From Escherichia coli (GTDB lineage Bacteria; Pseudomonadota; Gammaproteobacteria; Enterobacterales; Enterobacteriaceae), in assembly GCF_011045215.1 (NCBI RefSeq), contig NZ_CP049201.1: a stretch of DNA of 64,000 nt; one strand, written 5' to 3'. The translations under genes and the position numbers were made by a program. Position 1 is the first letter of the stretch. Each line of letters starts with the position of its first letter. The notes below the pieces were generated by a model. The model ran no database searches and was not told the origin of the DNA. It saw nothing but the letters and a program-made list of their open reading frames with translations. Positions 35,054-48,655 of this stretch are shown here, one piece after another.

Positions 35054-35201
35054 ATTACTTCCCGTTATGTGGTTAGAGCGAATAAATTATGGTCAACTTA
35101 CCGCAATAGCCCTTTAAAGTACCATTTTCGCGCCGTCTGCGAAATGGCATCCACGCGCATTGTTGATGATTTAAGGGCTAAATTCGGAAAATCAACCAGC
35201 G

Positions 35202-35966
35202 TTAACTTTCTTGTTCTCGTTGCGCTATTTCGCGATTTTCTTCCGCAGGTGGTGTTAATGGCCCACAAATTCGTTGCGCAAGCCACGTTGCCACCGCCAC
35301 CAGCGCCCACGAAATCAACGTAGCTACTACCAGATCGCGTGGCCAATGCATCCCGAGCAGCAGGCGGCTTCCCATGACTCCAGTTGCCCAGACCAACAAG
35401 ATAGCAATGGTTAACGTTCGCCGACGCGGCCACAGCAAACCAACGGCCAGCAGTGCCCAACTGGCAGCAAACATCGTGTGACCGGAAGGAAAGGCAAACC
35501 CCGTCTCTTTCTGCCAGTGTGAACGCAAATATTGTGGGATATTTTTCTCTTCAGCCAACTGTTCTTTCACTAGATTTCCGCGTTCTGCTCGCTTTAAAGT
35601 GTAGAACTCATCAACCGGAATATGATGTGTTTTTTCCAGCCAGATAACAAAAGGTCGTGGTTCCTGGACTTTGTCTTTGATCCAGGATTTAACGCCTTGT
35701 CCCACAAGGATTGCCGCCGCCAGAATGGCAAATAATACAAAGGCAGCCTTAATGCGAAAACGCAGACACCAGAGAAACCAGCCGAATAAAATCAAATGTG
35801 TAATGACGCCCCAGGGCTGGGTGACAGTTTCAGTAACCCAAAAAGCCGCTTTTAGTAGCCAACTTTGTTCTCCAGGTTGCCAACGCCAGCCAGAAATCCA
35901 TACGGCTACTGGCATAACAAGCAATAGTGCAGCTCCCACTGCGGTACGTCGGGCAATCGAACGCAT
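35202..35966 (-). CDS. pgpB: Phosphatidylglycerophosphatase B (PAP2 family)
   Basis: 254-aa membrane ORF with PAP2 motifs (PSGH, SRLLLGMHWPRD). Confidence 0.93.
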   Translation of the reverse strand: MRSIARRTAVGAALLLVMPVAVWISGWRWQPGEQSWLLKAAFWVTETVTQPWGVITHLILFGWFLWCLRFRIKAAFVLFAILAAAILVGQGVKSWIKDKVQEPRPFVIWLEKTHHIPVDEFYTLKRAERGNLVKEQLAEEKNIPQYLRSHWQKETGFAFPSGHTMFAASWALLAVGLLWPRRRTLTIAILLVWATGVMGSRLLLGMHWPRDLVVATLISWALVAVATWLAQRICGPLTPPAEENREIAQREQES

Positions 35967-36135
35967 GGCCTCTCCTTTTTGATAAGTCCCACAATCATAA
36001 CTGAAAATGCCAGTTCCAGGAAAAATTGACAGATTTGTGCCATTCCGTGAACGATCGACGCGTCGTGATTAGGTGAACCCCTTCTCGTTATGGCAAAATA
36101 AGCCAATACAGAACCAGCATTATCTGGAGAATTTC

Positions 36136-36726
36136 ATGCAGCTTAAACGTGTGGCAGAAGCCAAACTGCCAACCCCATGGGGCGATTTCCTGATGGTGGG
36201 ATTTGAAGAACTGGCAACCGGACACGATCATGTCGCGCTAGTCTATGGCGATATTTCCGGGCATACCCCGGTACTTGCGCGCGTCCATTCCGAATGTCTG
36301 ACCGGTGACGCCCTGTTCAGCTTGCGCTGCGATTGTGGCTTCCAGCTCGAAGCGGCATTGACGCAAATTGCCGAGGAAGGCCGTGGTATTTTGCTGTATC
36401 ACCGTCAGGAAGGTCGTAACATTGGTCTGCTGAATAAAATCCGCGCTTACGCACTGCAGGATCAAGGTTACGATACTGTAGAGGCTAACCACCAGTTAGG
36501 CTTCGCCGCTGATGAGCGCGACTTCACTCTTTGCGCTGATATGTTCAAACTCCTTGGCGTCAATGAAGTCCGCTTGTTAACCAATAACCCGAAAAAAGTC
36601 GAAATTCTGACCGAAGCAGGGATTAATATTGTTGAACGCGTACCATTGATTGTAGGTCGTAACCCCAATAACGAACATTATCTCGATACCAAAGCCGAGA
36701 AAATGGGCCATTTGCTGAACAAATAA
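36136..36726 (+). CDS. ribA: GTP cyclohydrolase II
   Basis: ORF trimmed to [18 protein letters not shown] start (196 aa). Confidence 0.95.
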
Positions 36727-36747
36727 CCCTCTTGCATTGTGTAATTC

Positions 36748-36784
36748 ATTTGCTTGCCGGAAGCAAAATAACCGGCAAGCAAAT
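36748..36784. terminator. 13-bp perfect palindrome between convergent ribA and acnA (probable bidirectional terminator)
   Basis: ATTTGCTTGCCGG-11 nt-CCGGCAAGCAAAT; no strong U-tract. Confidence 0.5.
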
Positions 36785-36789
36785 ACTTG

Positions 36790-39465
36790 TTACTTCAACA
36801 TATTACGAATGACATAATGCAAAATGCCGTCGTTCTGGTAGTAGGTCAACTCCGTCGCGGTGTCGATACGACAACGGCAGGGTACGACTTCCTGGCTACC
36901 ATCCGCGCGCGTAAGCGTCACCGGAACCGTCGCGCCGGGTTGTAGGTTTTGCAGATCGCCAATATCAATCTTCTCTTCCCCGGTTAGCCCTAACGTTTTA
37001 CGCGTTACGCCTTGCGGAAATTCCAGCGGCAGGATGCCCATGCCAATTAAATTCGAACGGTGAATTCGTTCAAACGATTCGGCAATCACCACACGAATAC
37101 CAAGCAGACGCGGACCTTTTGCCGCCCAGTCACGGCTGGAGCCTGATCCATACTCTTTCCCGGCAATCACCGCCAGCGGCGTTTGCTCCTGCTTATAGCG
37201 CATCGCAGCATCATAAATAGAGACTACGTCGCTGTCAGGTAAATGCCGCGTCATCCCCCCTTCAACGCCAGGCACCATTTCATTACGGATGCGAATATTG
37301 GCGAAGGTGCCGCGCATCATCACTTCATGGTTACCACGCCGCGAACCGTAGGAGTTAAAGTCTTTTCGCTCAACACCCCGACCTTGTAGGTATCGACCCG
37401 CTGGGCTGTCGGGCTTAATACTGCCCGCCGGAGAGATATGGTCAGTGGTGACTGAATCCCCCAGCATTGCGAGGATCCGCGCACCGTGAATATCTTCCAC
37501 AGGTGCTGGTGTTGCCTGCATTTCATCAAAGAAAGGCGATAAACGAATATAGGTTGAATCCTCCTGCCATCCGTAGGTATCGGATCGTGCGACGTTAATT
37601 TCTTTCCACTCTGCAGTGCCTTCAAAGACTTCTGCGTACTCTTTGCGGAACATTTCTGTGGAGACTTGTTCTACCGCACGGGCAATTTCTTGTGCCGATG
37701 GCCAGATATCTTTCAGATATATTGGATCGCCTTTACGATCATGACCAATAGGCTCAGAAGCCAGGTTGATATTCATATTTCCCGCCAGCGCATAAGCAAC
37801 CACCAGCGGCGGCGAGGCCAACCAGTTGGTTTTAACCAGCGGATGGATACGGCCTTCAAAGTTACGGTTGCCGGACAGCACTGCACCGACGGTTAAATCG
37901 CCTTTTTTGATTGCCGTTTCGATAGGATCGGGCAGCGGCCCAGAGTTACCAATACAGGTGGTACAACCGTATCCCACAAGGTTAAACCCCAGTTCGTCGA
38001 GATACGGTGTAAGTTTCGCTTTTGCCAGATAATCAGAAACGACTTTCGAACCCGGTGCCAGCGACGCTTTGACCCACGGTTGCCGCTTGAGGCCCAGAGT
38101 TACGGCTTTTTTCGCCAGCAAGCCTGCGGCCATCAGCACACTTGGGTTAGAGGTGTTGGTGCACGAGGTTATCGCAGCAATGACCACAGCGCCATCAGGT
38201 AACTGATACTGATGTCCGTTCATAACATAATCGACCGGCTGGCGATCTTTATGCGTGGCATTCACTTCCAGTTCGTTACTGGCGGCAAATGCTTTTGGTA
38301 CATCGGGCAGTGCAACGCGATCCTGTGGGCGTTTAGGCCCTGCCAGGCTCGCTTCAACGTCATTCATATCCAGTTCTAACGTACTGGTAAAAATCGGTTC
38401 ATCGCCCGGGTTACGCCACATGCCCTGCGCTTTGGCATATTTTTCGACCAACTCGACCTGATCTTCGCTGCGCCCGCTTAAACGCATGTAATCGAGGGTT
38501 ACAGCATCGATTGGGAAGAAGCCACAGGTGGCACCATATTCTGGCGACATATTGGCAATGGTGGCGCGATCCGCCAACGGTAGTGAATCCAGACCATCAC
38601 CATAAAATTCGACGAATTTCCCCACCACGCCATGTTTGCGCAGCATTTGGGTAACAGTGAGAACCAGGTCTGTAGCGGTAATACCTTCACGTAATTTTCC
38701 GGTAAGTTTAAAGCCCACTACGTCCGGGATAAGCATGGAAACCGGCTGGCCTAACATTGCGGCTTCTGCTTCGATGCCACCCACGCCCCACCCCAACACG
38801 CCAAGGCCGTTTATCATAGTGGTGTGCGAGTCAGTACCAACGAGTGTATCCGGATAAGCAATCCATTCACCGTCCTGCAATTCGCTCCACACTGCTTTGC
38901 CGAGATATTCGAGGTTAACCTGATGGCAAATGCCTGTGCCTGGCGGCACGACGCTAAACCGACTGAACGCCTGCTTTCCCCATTTCAGGAACACATAACG
39001 TTCGTGGTTGCGCTCCATTTCCAGGCGTACGTTTTCTTCAAATGCCTCATCATCACCAAAACGATCGACGGTCACCGAGTGGTCAATGACCAGGTCGACC
39101 GGTGAGAGCGGGTTAACCTTTGCAGTATCGCCGCCGAGGCGTTTAACCGCTTCGCGCATTGCAGCGAGATCAACAACGGCAGGTACGCCGGTAAAGTCCT
39201 GCATCAGCACCCTTGCCGGGCGGTAGGCAATTTCACGGTCAGCATGGGCATTTTTCAGCCATCCCGCCAGCGCGTGGATATCCTCTTCGGTAACCGAGTT
39301 ACCATCCTGCCAGCGCAGCAGGTTTTCGAGCAAAACTTTGAGTGACTTGGGTAGACGGGTGATATCGCCCAGTGATTTGGCAGCAAGCGGCAGGCTGTAG
39401 TAGTGGTAAGTTTTATCTTTGGCCTGCAACGTGTCCTTACTGGCTTCTCGTAGGGTTGACGACAT
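36790..39465 (-). CDS. acnA: Aconitate hydratase A
   Basis: 891-aa [32 protein letters not shown]. Confidence 0.97.
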   Translation of the reverse strand: MSSTLREASKDTLQAKDKTYHYYSLPLAAKSLGDITRLPKSLKVLLENLLRWQDGNSVTEEDIHALAGWLKNAHADREIAYRPARVLMQDFTGVPAVVDLAAMREAVKRLGGDTAKVNPLSPVDLVIDHSVTVDRFGDDEAFEENVRLEMERNHERYVFLKWGKQAFSRFSVVPPGTGICHQVNLEYLGKAVWSELQDGEWIAYPDTLVGTDSHTTMINGLGVLGWGVGGIEAEAAMLGQPVSMLIPDVVGFKLTGKLREGITATDLVLTVTQMLRKHGVVGKFVEFYGDGLDSLPLADRATIANMSPEYGATCGFFPIDAVTLDYMRLSGRSEDQVELVEKYAKAQGMWRNPGDEPIFTSTLELDMNDVEASLAGPKRPQDRVALPDVPKAFAASNELEVNATHKDRQPVDYVMNGHQYQLPDGAVVIAAITSCTNTSNPSVLMAAGLLAKKAVTLGLKRQPWVKASLAPGSKVVSDYLAKAKLTPYLDELGFNLVGYGCTTCIGNSGPLPDPIETAIKKGDLTVGAVLSGNRNFEGRIHPLVKTNWLASPPLVVAYALAGNMNINLASEPIGHDRKGDPIYLKDIWPSAQEIARAVEQVSTEMFRKEYAEVFEGTAEWKEINVARSDTYGWQEDSTYIRLSPFFDEMQATPAPVEDIHGARILAMLGDSVTTDHISPAGSIKPDSPAGRYLQGRGVERKDFNSYGSRRGNHEVMMRGTFANIRIRNEMVPGVEGGMTRHLPDSDVVSIYDAAMRYKQEQTPLAVIAGKEYGSGSSRDWAAKGPRLLGIRVVIAESFERIHRSNLIGMGILPLEFPQGVTRKTLGLTGEEKIDIGDLQNLQPGATVPVTLTRADGSQEVVPCRCRIDTATELTYYQNDGILHYVIRNMLK

Positions 39466-39837
39466 AGCTCCTCCTTAATGACAGGGTTGCGAAGCCCTGA
39501 TTCTCTTCAGGGTGAATATTAAAGATAACACAAACATCGCGTAACGATTTGATAACAACCCAAATTGATAAAAGAGGAGAAACCTTGTGGCAAAGCAAAT
39601 GACAACCCCGCCGCAGCGGGGTCAAGGATCAGTGAGTAATGATCCAGAGGAGTTCGGCCCAGAAGAGCATCGACAGAGAAAACGCGCCCATCCAGGACCA
39701 ATATTTCATATTTGTGTTGATCATAGGCTACACCCTTAACGGTTATTACTTTGTGTTGAGATAACTCAACCTGTTATTGCTGCGGTGTATTAAAAGCCCT
39801 GTAATTCATTAAAAATGGGTAATAAGAATGATGATAA

Positions 39838-40005
39838 TTATTGTTTCGGCTGATCATCTTCAGCAAACAGTTCTATAAAGGCTTGCTGCTGCGATGTTAG
39901 TTGCCAGTCGTCTGGAATAACGACGGAACATTCCCGTTTCGTTTCTGGTTCATTGTCACTATGCTGGCATAATGGTGACGACTCCAGTTGCTCCTGACCA
40001 ACCAT
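39838..40005 (-). CDS. yciX: Small protein YciX
   Basis: 55-aa ORF MVGQEQLESSPLCQH; start 2 nt after ymiA stop. Confidence 0.75.
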   Translation of the reverse strand: MVGQEQLESSPLCQHSDNEPETKRECSVVIPDDWQLTSQQQAFIELFAEDDQPKQ

Positions 40006-40007
40006 AG

Positions 40008-40136
40008 TTATCCCCACACTTTCCAAATCAGCAGTGCGACAACCACCCAGAAAAGTGCAGAACCAAGAAAAACCGCCAGCCAGGCTTTACGTTTTAATTC
40101 AGGATCGCGGCGGGGTTCCTGATTTCCAGAAGGCAT
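40008..40136 (-). CDS. ymiA: Small membrane protein YmiA
   Basis: 42-aa ORF MPSGNQEPRRDPELKRKAWLAVFLGSALFWVVVALLIWKVWG; below the ORF-track size cut-off, found by manual translation. Confidence 0.7.
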   Translation of the reverse strand: MPSGNQEPRRDPELKRKAWLAVFLGSALFWVVVALLIWKVWG

Positions 40137-40465
40137 TGCTAACCTCATATAATCGCCATCACTTATCAGCAAGACGTTGAACGATTGGTGTAATTAATCA
40201 TACGATGAGACAAATCCTAAAGAAACTTTAGTCAAAAATCCAGCGAATTTACGAATCGTCTTCAGTGAATAATTCAATCTTTTGACCTGAAATAGATATT
40301 TGAAAACTGGAGTTTGCGAGGCGGGTAATTAGACACTACTTTACAGGTAATTTACCCTATAAATATGAGGGATAAAATATTGTGCACGATATACAAATAA
40401 GTAACAAAAGAAAATATATTTCGGCACCTTCGCTACAAAAAAGGTGCCGAAAATAACGCAAGAAA

Positions 40466-41464
<999 letters not shown>

Positions 41465-41649
41465 TCAGAACATCGTTTTTTCGTCACACCTGGCGGGTGA
41501 CTAATACGATTTAATAATAAAAAAGGTGCTAACTATAACCACTATATCATTTATAGCCTTAGTGTATAGGTGTGAAGAAAAAATAATATGCAATAAAAAA
41601 GGGCCGCTTTCGCGCCCCTTTGTTTATAAAAACCTGACAGAATTAAAGG

Positions 41650-44247
41650 TTATTTTTTCCCTTCAACCCATTTGCCATCAACATAAAATGCTGACCAGCC
41701 AGTCGCCTTTCCGTCTTTTTCCGAAGAGACATATTGCTGTTTGGTTTTACGGCTAAAGCGAACCATAGTCTTATTACCTTCCGGATCCTGCTGCGGCGCA
41801 TCGGCCAGATAACGCAGTTTTTCCGGCAGACGATCGCGGAAGCGATACAGCTCTTCCACCAGCGGCGCACGCGTTTCACGCGATTTCGGGAAGGTATTGG
41901 CCGCCAGGAACACACCGGCAGCACCGTCACGCAGCACGAAATAGGCATCTGATTTTTCGCACGGCAGCTCCGGTAATGGTACCGGATCTTCTTTCGGTGG
42001 AGCCACTTCGCCGTTACGTAAAATCTTACGCGTGTTTTTACACTCTTCGTTGGTGCAGGCCATATATTTACCGAAACGCCCCATTTTCAGGTGCATTTCA
42101 GAACCACATTTTTCACACTCAACGATCGGGCCGTCATAACCTTTAATGCGGAATTCGCCCTCTTCGATCTCGTAACCGTCGCAGGTTGGGTTATTACCAC
42201 AGACATGCAACTTACGTTTCGGATCGATGAGATAGCTGTCCATCGCCGTGCCGCATTTCGGGCAACGACGTTTTGCGCGCAGCGCGTTGGTTTCAGCGTC
42301 TTCGCCTTCCAGCACGTTCAGCACTTCGTTTTCCGGCACCAGGTTAATGGTGGTTTTGCAACGCTCTTTCGGCGGCAGCGCATAGCCAGAACAGCCAAGG
42401 AATACCCCGGTGCTCGCTGTGCGAATACCCATTTTGCGACCACAGGTCGGGCAGTCGATGCTGGTCAGAACCATCTGGTTCGGACGCATACCCCCCTCTT
42501 CCGGATCTTTTTCAGCTTTATCTAACTGCTGAGTGAAATCCGAGAAGAAGTGATCCAGTACAGCTTTCCACTCTGCTTCGTGATTTGCCACCTGGTCGAG
42601 GCTGTTTTCCATCTGCGCGGTGAAGTCGTAGTTCATTAACTCGCGGAAATTCTCTTCCAGGCGATCGGTGACGATTTCGCCCATTTTTTCCGCATAGAAA
42701 CGACGGTTTTCTACACGCACATAGCCACGGTCCTGAATGGTCGAAATGATCGACGCATAGGTAGACGGACGACCGATACCGCGTTTTTCAAGCTCTTTAA
42801 CCAGCGATGCTTCACTGAAACGGGCTGGCGGTTTGGTAAAGTGCTGGGCTGGTGTCAGTTCAACGAGCGTCAGAGCATCGCCTTTATCGACTGCCGGTAA
42901 GATACGATCTTCATCGCCTTTACGCAGTGCAGGCATCACTTTTGTCCAGCCATCAAAGCGCAAAATACGACCGCGTGCTTTCAGGCGGAAATCGCCCGCA
43001 CCAACGGTCAGCGTCGTGGAGTCATATTTCGCTGGGGTCATCTGGCAGGCAACGAACTGACGCCAGATTAACTGGTACAGTTTCTGAGCATCTGCTTCCA
43101 TATCCTTCAGCGATTCCGCCATCACATTGACGTCAGAAGGACGAATCGCTTCGTGCGCTTCCTGTGAGTTTTCTTTGCTGGCGTACTGATTCGGACTTTC
43201 CGGCAGATATTTCTTACCAAAATTATCGCTGATATAACCGCGAACCATATTTACCGCGTCCTGACTCAGGTTAGTGGAGTCGGTACGCATGTAAGTGATA
43301 TAGCCTGCTTCATACAAACGCTGCGCCATCATCATGGTTTTTTTCACGCCAAATCCAAGACGGGTGCTGGCAGCTTGTTGCAGCGTAGAGGTAATAAAAG
43401 GAGCGCCAGGTTTACTGGTTGTCGGTTTGTCTTCACGTTCCAGCACGCTGTAGCGCGCTTTTTCCAGCAGACTTACCGCAGCCTGAGTTTGTTCTTTGTT
43501 GACCGGACGGAACGGTTTGTCGTTCTGATGAGTCACCTGCAACGCCAACGCTTCACCAGATGGCGTGGTCGTGCTGGCATCGACTTCCCAGAACTCCTCC
43601 GGCACGAACGCTTTAATTTCACGCTCACGCTCGACCACCAGGCGAACTGCCACCGACTGCACACGACCGGCAGACAGACCACGAGCGATCTTTTTCCATA
43701 GCAGCGGCGAAACCATATACCCCACCACGCGGTCCATAAAGCGACGCGCCTGCTGGGCATTAACACGATCAATATTCAGCTCACCCGGTTTGTTAAACGC
43801 CTGGCGGATCGCGTTTTTAGTAATTTCGTTAAACACCACTCGGCTATAGCGCGCATCATCACCCCCAATAACTTCCCGCAGGTGCCATGCAATGGCTTCC
43901 CCTTCGCGGTCAAGGTCGGTTGCGAGATAGATGTGATCGGCTTTTTCAGCCAGTTGTTTCAGTTCAGAGACGACCTTCTCTTTACCAGGCAACACTTCAT
44001 AGTGCGCCTCCCAATTGTGCCACGGGTCAACCCCCATACGGTTGACGAGAGCGCCACGTTCATCCTTTTTAGGCTTTTTAGCCGTCTTGGTGGAGGTAGA
44101 GTCGGCACTCTTTTTGGCAGCTGAGCCACTGGTCGGCAAATCGCGGATGTGACCGACGCTGGATTTAACCACGTAGTCACTACCCAGATACTTGTTGATC
44201 GTTTTGGCTTTTGCCGGGGACTCAACGATGACAAGAGCTTTACCCAT
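41650..44247 (-). CDS. topA: DNA topoisomerase I
   Basis: ORF trimmed to [22 protein letters not shown] start (865 aa); C-terminal zinc ribbons. Confidence 0.97.
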   Translation of the reverse strand: MGKALVIVESPAKAKTINKYLGSDYVVKSSVGHIRDLPTSGSAAKKSADSTSTKTAKKPKKDERGALVNRMGVDPWHNWEAHYEVLPGKEKVVSELKQLAEKADHIYLATDLDREGEAIAWHLREVIGGDDARYSRVVFNEITKNAIRQAFNKPGELNIDRVNAQQARRFMDRVVGYMVSPLLWKKIARGLSAGRVQSVAVRLVVEREREIKAFVPEEFWEVDASTTTPSGEALALQVTHQNDKPFRPVNKEQTQAAVSLLEKARYSVLEREDKPTTSKPGAPFITSTLQQAASTRLGFGVKKTMMMAQRLYEAGYITYMRTDSTNLSQDAVNMVRGYISDNFGKKYLPESPNQYASKENSQEAHEAIRPSDVNVMAESLKDMEADAQKLYQLIWRQFVACQMTPAKYDSTTLTVGAGDFRLKARGRILRFDGWTKVMPALRKGDEDRILPAVDKGDALTLVELTPAQHFTKPPARFSEASLVKELEKRGIGRPSTYASIISTIQDRGYVRVENRRFYAEKMGEIVTDRLEENFRELMNYDFTAQMENSLDQVANHEAEWKAVLDHFFSDFTQQLDKAEKDPEEGGMRPNQMVLTSIDCPTCGRKMGIRTASTGVFLGCSGYALPPKERCKTTINLVPENEVLNVLEGEDAETNALRAKRRCPKCGTAMDSYLIDPKRKLHVCGNNPTCDGYEIEEGEFRIKGYDGPIVECEKCGSEMHLKMGRFGKYMACTNEECKNTRKILRNGEVAPPKEDPVPLPELPCEKSDAYFVLRDGAAGVFLAANTFPKSRETRAPLVEELYRFRDRLPEKLRYLADAPQQDPEGNKTMVRFSRKTKQQYVSSEKDGKATGWSAFYVDGKWVEGKK

Positions 44248-44626
44248 ATTCACCTTACCTAATTTGATTCTTCCAGGAATGCGTCGCACGTTGAAAAACC
44301 TTCCACTGGCAACGAGTTACCGATATGGACTCGTTCTCTGCGGATATCAACCCCTTGTCGTGACTCTGTTCACGAAAATTCAGGTGACTGAGTTAACAGG
44401 TCTTGGCCTACAGGCGCTATAGCACGACGGAATTTTGGTCGAATGTCAAGCAAATCTATTGCCAGATTGACGAAAGCGTCACACTGTACCTGATAAAATC
44501 CGATACGCAACTTTATTAGCATGCAAAATCCAAAGTTGCCAGTAAGGCGCTCTTGCCACCAGCGTGGTATATTTGTCTGCAAGCCATGCCTGGCGTAGAC
44601 TAATGTCCTTGTTTAAGGAGTAAATA

Positions 44627-44878
44627 ATGAACAAAGAGACACAACCCATCGACCGCGAAACGCTGTTGAAAGAGGCCAACAAAATCATTCGTGAGCATGA
44701 GGATACGCTCGCAGGGATTGAAGCCACCGGCGTCACGCAGCGTAATGGCGTGCTGGTATTTACCGGCGACTACTTTTTAGATGAACAAGGATTGCCAACA
44801 GCCAAAAGCACCGCGGTGTTTAATATGTTCAAACACCTGGCCCATGTGCTTTCAGAAAAATATCACCTGGTTGATTAA
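44627..44878 (+). CDS. yciN: Small protein YciN
   Basis: 83-aa ORF between topA and sohB. Confidence 0.88.
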
Positions 44879-44913
44879 AGCAAAACGCGAGGTCTTACCC
44901 TCGCGTTTGTCTT

Positions 44914-45963
44914 TTACATCAATGGCTTTTGCCCCCGCTGCCACCAGCGTAACAACAATCGATCGGCGCTCTCTGCCGCGCTGCCGGTGAATCGGTCAAT
45001 GAGTCGTTTACGCTGCATATAGCGTACATTGACCACTTCACGGCCTTCCATCAGGCTAAGAATAACTTCATCACTGGTGTTGATTTCATCAACCAGGCCT
45101 TTCTCTACCGCCTGTTGTCCGTACCAGTGCTCACCCGTTGCCACCTGTTCAATATCCAGAGACGGACGCATACGCTTCACAAAATCTTTAAATAACTGAT
45201 GCGTTTCGTTCAACTCTTCGCGGAATTTCTCCCGCCCTTCTTCGGTATTTTCACCCAGCAAGGTCAGCGTGCGCTTATACTGCCCGGCGGTGTACAGTTC
45301 GATATCAATATCTTTGCTTTTCAGGAAGCGGTTAAAGTTGGGCATTTGCGCAACCACGCCAATGGAACCCACAATAGCAAACGGTGCGGAAACAATTTTG
45401 TCCGCCACACAGGCCATCATGTAACCGCCGCTGGCAGCGACTTTGTCTACCGTAACAGTTAAAGGAATGTTTTTATCACGCAGACGCTGCAGCTGCGAAG
45501 CCGCCAACCCGTAACCATGCACCATGCCACCAGGGCTTTCCAGACGGAGCACAACCTGATCCTGCGGTTTGAATGCTGCGAGTACAGCCGTTATCTCTTC
45601 ACGTAGCGAGTTCACTTCATGGGCGTCCATGCTGCCTTTAAAATCCAGCACCCAGACGCGGGGTTTACTGTCAGTTGCCACCTCGCCCAGTTTGGCTTTC
45701 GCTTTTGCTGCTTTCGCTTCTTGCTTGTGCTTTTTCTTCTGCGCTTTGTGCCACTGTTTTTGCTGATGTGAGTCCATCAGCGCCGCGGCCAGTTCTTCTT
45801 TCATCTCCTTATACTGTTCGCTGAGATTGTTGACCCGTAACTCGCCACGCTGGCGTTTATTACGTTGAGCAACATTGACAATAATGGCGGCAATCGCCGC
45901 AATCGCTAGCACAACGGTAACGATTTTCGCCAAAAACAAACCATATTCAGACAACAATTCCAC
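44914..45963 (-). CDS. sohB: S49-family periplasmic peptidase
   Basis: 349-aa ORF with N-terminal TM and ClpP/SppA-like fold. Confidence 0.93.
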   Translation of the reverse strand: MELLSEYGLFLAKIVTVVLAIAAIAAIIVNVAQRNKRQRGELRVNNLSEQYKEMKEELAAALMDSHQQKQWHKAQKKKHKQEAKAAKAKAKLGEVATDSKPRVWVLDFKGSMDAHEVNSLREEITAVLAAFKPQDQVVLRLESPGGMVHGYGLAASQLQRLRDKNIPLTVTVDKVAASGGYMMACVADKIVSAPFAIVGSIGVVAQMPNFNRFLKSKDIDIELYTAGQYKRTLTLLGENTEEGREKFREELNETHQLFKDFVKRMRPSLDIEQVATGEHWYGQQAVEKGLVDEINTSDEVILSLMEGREVVNVRYMQRKRLIDRFTGSAAESADRLLLRWWQRGQKPLM

Positions 45964-46182
45964 GAGTCCCCACCTTGGTTAAACAACGCTTTGGCTCACA
46001 GTTTACAACAGGCATGTTAAGCCGTCTCGCAGAGATGTTATTGCAGCGAAAGTATGACAAAGTATCCATTTTGCGGTGTTATCGCCCCAGGCTGATTGAA
46101 ATGCCCTTCTGTTTCAGGCATAAAGCCCCAAAGTCATAAAGTACACTGGCAGCGCGACAGACAACGTCGTTGAGGAGTAGCC

Positions 46183-46941
46183 ATGCATTACCAGCCAAAA
46201 CAAGATTTACTCAATGATCGCATTATCCTGGTGACGGGAGCCAGTGATGGTATTGGTCGTGAAGCCGCGATGACGTATGCACGCTATGGTGCGACAGTGA
46301 TTCTGTTGGGCCGTAATGAAGAAAAATTACGTCAGGTAGCCAGCCACATAAACGAAGAAACTGGGCGTCAGCCACAGTGGTTTATTCTCGATTTGCTGAC
46401 CTGCAGGTCCGAAGATTGCCAACAACTGGCACAGCGCATTGCCGTTAATTATCCGCGTCTGGATGGTGTTTTGCATAATGCCGGATTGCTCGGCGATGTT
46501 TGTCCAATGAGCGAACAAAATCCACAGGTCTGGCAGGACGTCATACAGGTCAACGTTAATGCCACCTTTATGCTCACCCAGGCACTGCTTCCTTTATTAC
46601 TCAAATCGGACGCTGGTTCTCTGGTCTTTACTTCATCAAGCGTTGGACGTCAGGGACGAGCCAACTGGGGCGCATATGCAGCGTCGAAATTTGCCACCGA
46701 AGGGATGATGCAGGTACTGGCCGATGAATATCAGCAGCGCCTGCGCGTCAACTGCATTAACCCAGGCGGTACGCGCACCGCAATGCGTGCCAGCGCCTTC
46801 CCGACCGAAGATCCACAGAAACTTAAAACACCCGCTGATATCATGCCGCTCTACCTCTGGCTGATGGGCGATGACAGCCGCCGTAAAACCGGCATGACCT
46901 TTGACGCCCAACCGGGCCGTAAACCAGGAATTTCCCAATGA
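46183..46941 (+). CDS. yciK: Short-chain dehydrogenase/reductase
   Basis: 252-aa ORF with TGASDGIG Rossmann motif. Confidence 0.92.
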   Translation: MHYQPKQDLLNDRIILVTGASDGIGREAAMTYARYGATVILLGRNEEKLRQVASHINEETGRQPQWFILDLLTCRSEDCQQLAQRIAVNYPRLDGVLHNAGLLGDVCPMSEQNPQVWQDVIQVNVNATFMLTQALLPLLLKSDAGSLVFTSSSVGRQGRANWGAYAASKFATEGMMQVLADEYQQRLRVNCINPGGTRTAMRASAFPTEDPQKLKTPADIMPLYLWLMGDDSRRKTGMTFDAQPGRKPGISQ

Positions 46942-47528
46942 GTGATGAACGCTACCAACAGCGTCAGCAGCGAGTGAAAGAAAAAGTAGATGCTCGTGTG
47001 GCCCAGGCCCAGGATGAACGCGGTATTATCATCGTCTTTACCGGCAATGGAAAAGGCAAAACCACCGCGGCATTTGGTACGGCAACACGCGCAGTTGGTC
47101 ACGGAAAAAAAGTGGGCGTCGTGCAGTTTATTAAAGGCACCTGGCCTAATGGCGAACGCAATCTGCTGGAGCCACATGGCGTTGAGTTTCAGGTGATGGC
47201 AACGGGCTTTACCTGGGATACACAAAACCGCGAGTCTGATACCGCCGCCTGCCGCGAAGTCTGGCAACATGCAAAGCGGATGCTTGCTGATTCCTCACTG
47301 GATATGGTTTTGCTTGATGAGCTGACTTATATGGTGGCGTATGACTATTTGCCACTGGAAGAAGTGGTGCAGGCGTTAAATGAACGTCCACATCAACAGA
47401 CGGTGATTATCACGGGTCGAGGCTGTCATCGGGATATTCTTGAACTGGCGGATACGGTGAGTGGGTTGCGCCCCATCAAACATGCGTTTGATGCCGGTGT
47501 AAAAGCGCAGATAGGGATCGATTATTAA
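46938..47528 (+). CDS. btuR: Cob(I)alamin adenosyltransferase
   Basis: 196-aa ORF with P-loop (GNGKGKTTAAFG); overlaps yciK stop. Confidence 0.93.
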   Translation: MSDERYQQRQQRVKEKVDARVAQAQDERGIIIVFTGNGKGKTTAAFGTATRAVGHGKKVGVVQFIKGTWPNGERNLLEPHGVEFQVMATGFTWDTQNRESDTAACREVWQHAKRMLADSSLDMVLLDELTYMVAYDYLPLEEVVQALNERPHQQTVIITGRGCHRDILELADTVSGLRPIKHAFDAGVKAQIGIDY

Positions 47529-47567
47529 TCTGTAAAAATGCCGGATATGACGTCCGGCATACTTTGA

Positions 47568-48443
47568 TTAACCGTTATTATTACGTCCGCCAGAACGACG
47601 ACCGCCGCTCACCTGACTGTGACGTTTCACCGCACGACGAATCTGATTCGCCTTCATGCGACGACGGTCTTTTTCTACAGCGACTTTAGAGCTGGTTTCT
47701 GGCGGTAGCTCCACCAGTTCGCGCAGATAGTTAGTCTGGGCGAGGTCCAGCTCCGTCCAGCCACCGCGTGGCAGACCTTTTGGCAGTGGGATATCACCGT
47801 AACGAACACGGATCAGGCGGCTCACCTGCACACCAACCGCTTCCCACAGACGACGAACTTCACGGTTACGGCCTTCGGTCAGAGTCACGTTGTACCACTG
47901 GTTGATCCCTTCGCCGCCGCTGAACTTGATGGTTTTAAAAGCTGCCGGACCATCTTCCAACTGCACGCCACGACTCAAATCACGCAGTTTCGCGTCGTCA
48001 ACCTGACCAAATACACGCACGGCATATTCACGTTCAACTTCACGGCTTGGGTGCATTAAACGGTTTGCCAGTTCACCATCGGTGGTGAACAGCAGCAGAC
48101 CACAGGTATTAACGTCCAAGCGACCCACGGCAATCCAGCGTGCGCCACGTAGTTTTGGCAGACGGTCAAACACCGTTGGACGTCCTTCCGGATCGTTACG
48201 GGTACACAACTCACCTTCCGGTTTGTAATAGGCCAGAACGCGACAAATTTGTTCAGCGGACTCACGTACCGAAATCAGGTGACCATCGATACGGATTTTC
48301 AATCCAGGGGTAACTTCAACGCGATCGCCGAGTTTAGCAATTTTGCCATCAACACTCACACGACCGGCTTCAATAATAGATTCGATTTCACGGCGAGAAC
48401 CGTGGCCGGCACGCGCCAGCACTTTCTGTAGCTTTTCGCTCAT
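47568..48443 (-). CDS. rluB: 23S rRNA pseudouridine(2605) synthase
   Basis: 291-aa ORF with S4 domain and RsuA-type catalytic region; Arg/Gly-rich C-terminal tail. Confidence 0.93.
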
Positions 48444-48655
48444 AGAGCTTCCTTTTGGTGTCGCCTTCCCAGGCGTCTGATATGCTTTTGTGCAACAGTG
48501 AGTCAGAACTTACATCTGACTCACTGATAGTAAAGTCTGTTTGAACTCTTCAGGCCTTAAGTAAACGACTCGACGTTTTAACTGGCCTGGCTTTGAGGCG
48601 CAACATACTACACTATCTTTATGGTTAAAGCTTGTTTCGATTAACATCAGCTTAA

